Assembly: GCF_009914755.1 (NCBI RefSeq)
Contig: NC_060927.1
Length of the DNA: 64,000 bases
Reading direction: 5' to 3' (one strand)
Source: the human T2T-CHM13v2.0 reference genome, Homo sapiens
The translations under genes were made by a program, and so were the position numbers. How positions within the stretch are numbered: the stretch's first letter is position 1; each line of letters starts with the position of its first letter. This document shows, one piece after another, positions 29,881-39,575 of the stretch. The notes under the pieces were generated by a model that made no database searches, was not told where the DNA came from, and saw only the letters and a list, made by a program, of their open reading frames with translations.

Positions 29881-30652
29881 CTGTGGAGAGAGGACCTCAT
29901 ATTTTGGGATAGTGCAGTATTTTTGAAGAGAAGCCTTTTCCTTCCTCCTTTCCTTTTGATAACAAAGTGTGTTGTGACCTCCAAAGAAAGGAGAGGAGAC
30001 CCAGAGAGTATCCTGCTAATGACTAGCAGTATCCATAGGTAAAGAAGATTGGAATTTCACTTCCTAATGGGAGGACCTGCTGACTTTCCTCTGTGTGACC
30101 AGAAAGAAGATGATAAAATTGGGGTGGGATGGCATAATGGAGTCCATGAGAAAGAGAGTCCCTAGCTCAGTCTAGTTCCCTAGTTTTTCAGAAGTGTACA
30201 GTTGGAGTTCATACAAACCCAGAGGTCCCAAAGTTGGCCATGGAAGATAGAAGAGCAAAGACCCTACATCCTCACAGAGAGGATTATGGTGGGGTCAGCT
30301 AGGAGGTGTGGGCAGGTCTAGGAAGGAACCAACAACACCCTGGGAGATGCTGAGAAGTGAGCCCCTTGCAAGGCCAACGACATGAAGCCCACAGAACCCT
30401 GGAGCAATGAAAGCTCTAAGCCACCAAAGAGAGGCCCACAGCCTCACCAGCAGGTCCAGGCAAGAGATGTGGGAGGCATTTCCTCTCCTTCCTGCCAGCC
30501 CCCACCCTCGAGGAGTCAACAAAAGGAGGAGAGAGGGCAAAGGGTATGAGAGAATCATCCTCACTTCCCCTCCTCACCCCAGGAATCATAGTTCATGCGT
30601 GCCCCAGGGCAAGTGCAGGAAAAGGCTTTCTATCCAATGTAAGACTGAAGCG

Positions 30653-30740
30653 TTCTTTTTCTTTTCTTTTCTTTTCTTTCTCTTTCTCTTTTTCTTTCTT
30701 TCTTTCTTTTTTCTTTCTTTCTTTCATGGGTTTTTTTTTT
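30653..30740 (+). repeat. Polypyrimidine (CTTT/T) tract
   Basis: ttctttttcttttctttcttttctttctctttctc...tttttttttt. Confidence 0.9.
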
Positions 30741-30985
30741 AACTACACCCCCATTTCAGCAATATAGACTGAAGTATTAAAATGAGCAGGACAGGGCCTT
30801 TAAAAACTAAAGTGATGGTTTTAGTAAAGGAACTGGTAAATTACAGAATCCAGCTGAATTACTACTAAGGATGTTTAGCCATGGAAAATGTTATGGAAGC
30901 TGGGTTAGGAGCAATAGTTGGAAACAATAAAACCAGTTCTTGTTATACCACCAATGAATTGAGACACACAGGTTACAATGTACTT

Positions 30986-31197
30986 GTAACTTGCCCAGAG
31001 TCCCATAACTCACTTGACTCCAGAGCCTGGGTGCTTAGCTAATCCCTGGATAGATGAGAAAAGACCAGCTTATCATGGGAGCTGTTGGCTGAGATGGTGG
31101 ATCAGGGAGTCTAGGTGGAAAGGACCCGAGGAGTCCTAGCGTGGAAGGGAGAGCATGAACCGGGTATGGAAGCCTCAAGGAAGCTGCAACCGCCTTC
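30986..31197. repeat. Left arm of a long inverted repeat
   Basis: Reverse complement of 31649-31852 with 12 substitutions and one 8-bp indel (manual alignment). Confidence 0.95.
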
Positions 31198-31199
31198 CT

Positions 31200-31390
31200 T
31201 GTGCCAGGCAGTGAGCTGGGCTTTCATCTCATGCTTATACCACCCTGTTTGGTGGGCACAGTTAGTACTCTCATCCCTACTTTGCTGACAAGAAATTAAG
31301 GCTCCCACCAAGGCCACATAGCAACTAACTGACAGAGTTAGGGTTCAAACCTAGGTTACTTTGACTTGAAAATCTAATACTCTAACCAGG
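31200..31390 (-). mobile_element. MIR within the inverted-repeat spacer
   Basis: tgtgccaggcagtgagctggg...aagaaattaaggctc...ccaaggccacatagc...gggttcaaacctagg. Confidence 0.6.
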
Positions 31391-31648
31391 ACCCTGATTC
31401 CTTTAGAATGCCTTATCACAACAGCAGAAACCACATCACACTGTTATGCATGGAGAATCACAGGCTGCAAACTCAACCATGAGTGAACATTTCTCCAGTT
31501 TTTTGACAACTAAAGTGAATTTCTTTATCAGGTCCCTGATCCTGGAGGTGGGAGAAACAAAATCACTGTTATTTAAGAATTTCCTTGAGTCTCCCTTAGG
31601 TTGAGTCCAAGTTCTGGAGGCCCTCAGGAGCACCCAGGCATGGGAGGC

Positions 31649-31852
31649 GAGGGTGGTTGCAGCTTCCTTGAGTCTTCCATACCCGGTTCATGCTCTCCCT
31701 TCCACACTGGGACTCCTCAGGTCCTTTCCGCCTAGCCTCCCTGATCCACCATCTCAGCCAACAGCTCCCATGATAAGCTGGTCTTCCCTCATCTATCCGG
31801 GGATTAGCTAAGCTCTGGAGTCAGGTGAGTTATGGGACTCTGGGCAAGTTAC
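31649..31852. repeat. Right arm of a long inverted repeat
   Basis: Reverse complement of 30986-31197; its last ~45 bp are the 5' part of a MIR. Confidence 0.95.
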
Positions 31853-31995
31853 TTAACCAGTTTGTGCCTCGATTTCTCCATCTGTAAAACTGATTATCTC
31901 ACGGGCTTCTTAGAGGATTTAAAAAGACAATATTTGCGGAATGCTTAGAACAGTGCCTGGCCCATCATAAATGCTTAACTAAAGCTAACTACCAT
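31808..31995 (+). mobile_element. MIR
   Basis: gctctggagtcag...tgggcaagttacttaacc...gatttctccatctgtaaaa...gcttagaacagtgcctggcccatcataaatgctt. Confidence 0.8.
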
Positions 31996-32092
31996 TTTGG
32001 GGGAACAGGAGGGAGGGAAAAAATGACTCTCACTAATTAAGTCTTTTTCTTATGCCTGGAGAGTAGCTTTTAACATTCAAAATGCCAAAACT

Positions 32093-32232
32093 GGCCAGGC
32101 ATGCTGACTCATGCCTGTAATCCCAGCAGTTTGGGAGGCTGAGGTGGGAGGATCACTTGAGCCCAGGAGTTCAAGACCACCCTGGGCAACACAAGAAAAC
32201 CCTGTCTCTACGAAAAATTTATTAAACAAAAA
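32093..32232 (+). mobile_element. Alu left monomer (FLAM-like)
   Basis: ggccaggcatgctgactcatgcctgtaatccc...gagcccaggagttcaagaccacc. Confidence 0.9.
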
Positions 32233-32994
32233 GCCAAAACTTTAATCTTTCTATTCTCTGAATTCTGTAGCACCCTTTCTTCCCATATACAATACAGGCA
32301 AATTGTCTGGCTTCACAAATTGGGGTTGGAGTATGGTTAATATCTCAAAATTCTACCCTGCCTAGTCATAGGTGGACAGTTCTGTCTGAGACCCTAAGAG
32401 CTGCCCTGCAATAACTCTGACCCACACCCCCCCACCCCCGACACACACACTCCCACCACCTCCATCATCATTATCCACAGGTTAGAATTTTCTGGCATAT
32501 TACTCTCCTACAACATTTCAGAGTTTATCCTGCAGCCACATTCATTCACTCAATCCTTATCATGACCTTTGAAAACAAAAGCAGATTTGCTTTTCAGCCA
32601 CCATCTTTTTACACTAACAAAAATGTTTGCATTTATAGAAAACGTCAAACATATATATATATATATAAGTAGACAGAACAGGACCGTAAACACTCTCGGA
32701 CCCATGGCAAATTCGGCTTGGCCCATCCCTACCACATATTTTGAAGCGTATCTCAGAGATCCTATCATTTCATCTGTAAATATCAGTGTGTGTTTCTAAA
32801 GGCTAAGAATGGTCTTTTAAAACACAGTACCATGAACGCAACTTAAAAAAAAAATGATTCCTTTATATCATCAAATTGCCTTCAATCCTATCAGAGTTCA
32901 AATTTTCAACAGCATCCGTTTTGACAAATCAGGGTTGGGGTTCCTAAACCCATTAGGGAAGAAATACACCTCCAAAATTGTTCTGTGGAACAAC

Positions 32995-33355
32995 CCGAGG
33001 CTCTCCGGAAGGGTAATTGGACCCCTCCCATTCCTTCACAGACAGGAATGTATTAGCCAAACCTACCGCGATTTTGCCGGGAGGACGCCAAAAAAGACGA
33101 TCACGTGTCAAATAACCATGGAAACGGGGTGACAAAAGGAACTTATGCCTTCGCTCCCTTGTTTAGACAGAGCAATCAAGGAGCTGCTGTCCTTGCAGCG
33201 GGGAGGCCGGCGCCGCCTGCGGTCGCACACACCTGAATTCCTGCACCGGGGCAGCCCTTGGCCCCCCGTGAGCACCGCCGGGCCTCGTCCATGGCTGTCA
33301 GGACCCGGGATTAGCACGTGGGCTCCTGCGGGGACTTGGGCTGACCGCAAGCGCT
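32995..33355. promoter_or_regulatory. Small orphan CpG island-like element with two canonical E-boxes
   Basis: About 26 CpGs counted in ~360 bp of non-Alu sequence; CACGTG at 33102-33107 and 33315-33320. Confidence 0.6.
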
Positions 33356-33704
33356 AGAAGAATTGGAATCACTAGACTTCCATTGTTAGTTTCTTCCAGT
33401 GGTTCAGCGGACAATTTTGAACTGAATCCAGCAGAGAACTCATCGGAGGTTTTTTGTTTTTTGTTTTAAGTAGTAGTGATACCATTTCATCCGATTCCAA
33501 TGCTAGTCATTTACATGATCAGCCTCTGATATAATTAACCCAAGGGCAATTCCAAGCCTGGACCCTTGAAATGACTGCCGTATTAGATTTGTGGTCTAGA
33601 ATGTCTTTCCTTCAGACACCTTACATAAATCAAGGTGCCAGTAAATCAAAAATGGAGTGATCCTATTTTTATTTTTTTTAAATATATGTACAGAAATACT
33701 CTCA

Positions 33705-34145
33705 TAGCAGATGCTACTGGCGCTCTGCCGCTACCCTCTTGGCATTGGTGCTCCTGGGGCTCTCTGCCCAGGCCTCTCTAGGACTGCAGGAGGTGGGCAG
33801 GCCTGAAGTCAGGGGGAGCCTGCAACCAGGCAGGGACGCCCTACGGGAGAAAAAGCACCTTGGGGAGGGTGTTCTAGAGCGCCCCCCACAGGTCCCAAAC
33901 AGGACTGAGCTCAGCTGTGCATGGGGCTAACCTGTTAATCACAGGCTTCCCAGCCCTGTCCATCTCACTTCCCCACTTCTCCATCAGTGCTTCCTGGGAT
34001 TATCTCCCGACAGAGGGCAAACACCTCATCCTGGGAACCCCCAGCCCCAGGCAAACCAGGACAGTGGTCAGCTTGCCTCCCACATAAAACACTTGCACCG
34101 AAATCCTAGTCTCAGGTTGGCTTCTGGGGTACCTCGACCTACGGA
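33705..34145 (+). mobile_element. ERVL LTR16-like LTR
   Basis: catctcacttccccacttc...tgcttcctgggattatctccc...cacttgcaccgaaatcctagtctcaggttggcttctgggg. Confidence 0.65.
33878..33892 (-). promoter_or_regulatory. Candidate CTCF motif
   Basis: Minus strand CCTGTGGGGGGCGCT; 12/14 match to CCASYAGRKGGCRS with the CpG retained. Confidence 0.4.
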
Positions 34146-34197
34146 ATAATCCCTATGCTGGGAAGAGTCTGGAATGAGACATAAATCTTAACTGGGT

Positions 34198-34327
34198 TTT
34201 TTTTCTTTTAATAGACATGGGGTCTCACTATGTTGCCCAGGCTGGTCTCCAACTCCTGGCCTCAAGTGATCCTTCCGAAGTGGATATGAAGGTGCTGGGA
34301 TTACAAGTGTGGGCCACCACACCTGGC
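34198..34327 (-). mobile_element. Alu left monomer
   Basis: ggggtctcactatgttgcccaggctggtctccaactcctggcctcaagtgatcc. Confidence 0.85.
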
Positions 34328-34913
34328 TTAACTGGGTATTCTCTGTGAGCTGAGCCCTCTAAAGGTGGGCAGTGGGGCAGTGCTGGACTCCTTGGGTATT
34401 TGGAGGAGGAAGTAAAGGTAGGTTTGTCATCAAATCTGTATCTGACATTTTTACAAAGAACATATATCATTTTTAAAAATATACAATAAAAACCTGAGCT
34501 TTTTAAAACTATCAGCAAATATTTGTTTTATAATTTTTAAAGAGTCATTCCATTTAAGTTTTTTAAAAAGAAGGAAAGAAATGGTTTAAAAACATTTTAA
34601 TGATAATTTAGGGCAATAGTTTACAAATTTTTTAAGTTTCTGATGGAATCCTACATAGTATTCCAGTTACAACCTGATATGAGTGGAACTGCTGTGATGA
34701 AAACTGGGCTCTAGGGCCTGGAACTCCCCCCACCCAACTCCTTTCCCCACCCCAGGTAAGCAGTAGGTACATCTAAGGAACCCTGAGGGTTTCGTCCATC
34801 CCAGTGTGAAAAACCACTGTTAAAGAGGAATATTTAATTGCATTAAAAAATATTAACTTTTTACTTTAAAACATGTTATGAAATGAAAAGAGCAATTCAA
34901 AAAATAGCACTTA

Positions 34914-35347
<434 letters not shown>

Positions 35348-35836
35348 TTACTATTTTTTATTTTCTGTGCCAGTACTATATTACCTGAATTTTCTACTGG
35401 TATGTATATATGATATATTATTCTAAGGAGGGGAAGAACAGAAAAAAATGGTTCCTAAGTCACATGCAGACAATAGCAGTCTCCAGACTAGATGTTCATT
35501 GTTTTTAGGTGATGATCTGAGGAGCAGAGGCTTTCCAAGTTTAGAGATTTAGCTACTGAAGACTTCATAATTCAAGTTGTAGCCTGTCAATTCGATGCTC
35601 AGTGAAGTCTTTGAAGTTTCTGATAATGATGTATGAGCACTGCCTATAAAATAAGCAAGACAAGGGGTAACTCTCTCTGCCCCACCCCCTGCAGTGGAGC
35701 GGTTCAGGGTAGGAAGAGGGCAGCACCTCCCATCACTGTGGGGGCAGTCAGTTCAAACTCATGACTGAAGAGCCTTTGAAGGGAGACTGGAGCATTGCCA
35801 AACCAAGGCTTCAGTAGAGAATTACAGTGGTTAAGT

Positions 35837-36012
35837 CAGTGGTTCCCCAACCTGGCCGCCCATTCGATCACCTGCAGAGCTTATTATAAATGGGTTCCTG
35901 GCCCCACCCACTTATCCTCAGATTCAGGAGGTCTTGATACTTAGAATCTGCCTTTTTAACAAACACGCCAGGGGGTCCTCGTGTGTCTCCTTAATGAAGT
36001 TCATCATCACTG
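35837..36012 (+). mobile_element. MER5A-like hAT element
   Basis: cagtggttccccaacctggc...atcacctgcagagc...gaatctgcctttttaacaaac. Confidence 0.65.
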
Positions 36013-36111
36013 TGAGTTTGTGAGCTCTAGGAATCTATATGCCTTATTTGCTACTATAACCCAGATACTGTGTGCAGAGTCCTAATGCTCTGTAAATATT
36101 CCGGGAGGAAA

Positions 36112-36335
36112 TTATTTATTGAAGGCTCACTTTGTGCCTGACGTTTTGCTAAGTGGTTTCAAGGCCAGTTACTTTAATCACAACTCAAGGGAAGTATTCC
36201 AATACCCATTTTGTAGATGACAAAGTGGACTCAGAGAACTTAAGAAGCTAGCCTGAGGCCCCTTAGAAAGAAAGAGAGGCAGCATCCGAATCCTGGTCTG
36301 AGGTCCAAACTCCAGCTTATCACATTCAGCCACAC
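36112..36335 (-). mobile_element. MIR
   Basis: atttattgaaggctcactttgtgcctg...cccattttgtagatgacaaagtggactcagag. Confidence 0.7.
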
Positions 36336-38334
36336 CACTTCTAGAAGGTTCCATGGCGTTTCTTTTCTTGAGAGAAAAATAGAATTGTAATTCTCCATTC
36401 ACCTTCCTCTTCTCCTATCATCTACCTGCTCATCTGTTTGTCTACACACACACACACACATTTCAAGATTGACCATCATCTAAAATGGCACCAGAACTCA
36501 CCCCAGGACATGCTATACAGAGGTTTATACTCATACTTTCCTGACTTCTTGTTGTAACATGTCTTTTCTAAGCTAAAGGAAACCAGTTATTCCTCGTTCC
36601 AGTTGTAATTATCTTACTTATTTTAAAGTAGTTGTTGCAAACTAGCCTAAGCAATTTGGCTATTCAAACTACTAGGTGTTTGATCATGATGGCTTCCTGC
36701 AATAGGTAAGAAGTCCATGAAGGCTACAAGCTACCTCCCCCGATCACCTAATCAGATAGTATGTTACAAAGACAGTCTGTCTCAGACCAAATTCCACATT
36801 TTGCTAACTGGTTTCAAGGCCAGCAAGCAGGCACATAAACAGCCACACCACCCATTCTGTTAACCCGGGGACATGTCAGCCCTCTCACTTTAGACACTTC
36901 GACAGCCTCTTTCACAAAAAGTGTAGTCAAGGCACACGTGACACTATTGTCAGCGCAGTATCTAGCCTAGTCAGGCAGGTGATCAAATCAACCCTTTAAT
37001 ATATAGACATAGGACTGTTTGGACTTCCAAGGCTGGAGCCTTTCTAAAAGAATAAGCAACTGGTCTGGCTAGACTTATTTATAATGTCTTCAGGCAAGGC
37101 AAACGCACTATGAAACATTTCCAGCCATCTACCATTCTTGAACGCCATTCTTTTCATCAATGAAAAACCATTTTAGAAATCCATTATGCTAATTAACACA
37201 CCCATGGATGCTGAGCTAGGACAGATAATTGAAGCACTTATGGTACCTTCCTCTGGAGTGTGGGGTTGTGATCTTTCGAATGTTAACAGCCCCTACAATG
37301 TAGATGAAAGCTAACACATACACACACACCCCATGCATACATGTGCACAGAGACATGGTGTATGAAATATGCTTTATGTTTAGAAGTAAATTACAGTCAA
37401 TATATCAGTCATAACCACCACCATCTGATGAGAACTTACCGTACGCCCAGTACTGTGCTAAAGGTTTGACCAAACAAGAAAATGTATCTTCTCTGATCCT
37501 CACTGAAGAGACTGAGAGCCCAGAAAAGCCATCGAGGAAGGACAAGCTGGCCTCGCACTCTGGCTGACTTGACAGCCATTCATCTTAGTGACTCCAGGAG
37601 GCTGGTTGCCTGTGAGTTCTTCTGGGCCTCCTGGGAATTCCCCCATCATCATCAACAACAATTTTTCACTCTTGGCTCAAAACCTTGAACAATAAATAAA
37701 ATCCTGATCCCCAGAAAGTATTCCACAGCATGACTCCTGAACATAATTGATTCTGAAGGAGGCTTGGGAACTCCTCCTGGGTGACAACTGTGTTATATCT
37801 GGAAACATGCCAGGCAGCCGGCTCTGTGAGCCTACCAAGCCCAAGGGTAGCCAGAACTCAAATGTCTGCTGCTCCCCATTAGGCCTCCACATGGGAGCCC
37901 CCTTCTTCTGCCACCCTCTGCTTTGTGTCTGTGTTTGAATTTATCAGCCACCCCAATGGGTTGGGTACAGAAGCTGAAGAGGAGGCCAGCCAACCATCAT
38001 CCAGGAGTGTCCTTGCCTCCTGCCAGGGAGGGGCAAGGACTTGGCCATTTCAGTAATGAACTACTGTGCTGTCAGGGCAGAAAAGAGAAGGAACAGGTCA
38101 TCGGGGGTGGTGAGTAGTCAGAGTCTGGAGACATTATGAAGGGAGAGTGAAAAGAACTTGCTGATGAATTCAACAAAGAGTTACAAGAAGGAGAGGAGGC
38201 AAGACCGACTTGAAGATTTGGGGCCTATGCCAAGAAGAATAAAGCTACCACTGACCACCTGGGGAAGACTCAAGTGGGGAATAGCTGGACATGTAGGGTT
38301 TGAAATGCCTGTTACATATCTGAAGTACACTCAT

Positions 38335-38936
38335 TTTCTGTGACTGGATAACAGATTACCCCACACTTTGCAGCTAAAACAATGCCCATGTATTAGCTCA
38401 TAGTTCTGGAAGTCAGTAGTCCAGGTAGACTCAACTGAGTTCTCTGGGCAGGTTATCAGAAGGCTGAAATCAGGTGGTAGCTGGCCTAGGGTCCTGTGTG
38501 AACGCTCTGAGGAAGCATCTCATTGCAAATGTATTCTCTGTGTTGGAAGACTCTGTTCCTTGCATGCGTGGGCCCAAGCTCCCTGTTCCCTTGGTGGCTG
38601 TCAGCTATGGGCCACTCTTAGCTTCCAGAAGCTTCCCATAGTCCTTACTGCAGGACTCCTTTCAACTTCAAGCCAGAAAGCCTGGGTCAAATTCTTCTCC
38701 TGCTTCCAACTTCTCACTTCCTCTTCTGCCACCAGTCAGAGAAAACTCTAGGATTAGATCAGGCCTCCTTGAATAATCTCCCCTTCTTAGGATCAAGTGT
38801 GCCATAGGACATCACCTAATCATGGGAGCAAAATCCAGCATATTCACAGGTCTGGGGATTAAGCAGGGTACACACAGTGGGGTGGGGTGAGACGGCAGAA
38901 AGTCTTGCGTGCTTCCTTAGAATTTTGCCTGCCACC
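38335..38936 (-). mobile_element. MLT1E-like LTR
   Basis: ataacagattaccccacac...agttctggaagtcagtagtccagg...cttagaattttgcctgccacc. Confidence 0.7.
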
Positions 38937-39391
38937 CAAGGGGAGATGTAGAGGAGACATTCTCTTTCAGAAACTTCCAGGGCTGAAGGATGGGGCAGAA
39001 GGAGGAGGGGAGGAACCCATCTGGATCTCTTTAGCCTCTGGAACCTGAAGCACTCAGGAAAGAAGGCCTGGCCCTTTGAAGCTGCCCCTGCCAGGCCCCA
39101 CAATGGGCCAGCCCTGCCAGCCCTCCTGCACAGGCCCTGAGGCATCTTGGCAGCAGCATCCCCGAGTCTGGCAGGTGAGTCAACATTTGGCTTCTCTCCT
39201 GGGCTTTCTTGGAAAGGGCTGTGTTCCAGATTGGCAGCTGTGCTAGCTGGAAAGGAGGCCAGAAAAGAGCCAAGTTCCGGGGGCCCTGCTGCCAGGCAGG
39301 ACACCTGGACCTTCTCTCCCCTAGTTACTGAAAATGGCAGAAGGAAACCCAGGGAAGCCAGAGCAGTAGTAAAGCAGAGTGGCCAAAAAAT

Positions 39392-39575
39392 TTCAGGCTA
39401 TGGAGTCAGATGGATGACTTAGCCTCTCAATTTCACCATCTGTAAAATGGGAATCGTCATTAGTAGCTGCAATGAAGGGGCCTGTGACAATTGAACAGCG
39501 TGCTACCTGCAAATCATTTTGCACAATGGCTGGCATATCGAAAACATGAGTAAAGCCTGCACAATGGATACTATT
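39392..39575 (+). mobile_element. MIR
   Basis: ggctatggagtcaga...ctcaatttcaccatctgtaaaatgggaat. Confidence 0.7.

Noticed and set aside
29234-30042. Long overlapping ORFs (up to 215 aa) resembling mucin/extensin or Gly-Asp-rich proteins
   Set aside because: They are open on both strands and in several frames simply because the CAC/CAT triplet array lacks stop codons; there is a 1-bp register slip and no splice or promoter context.
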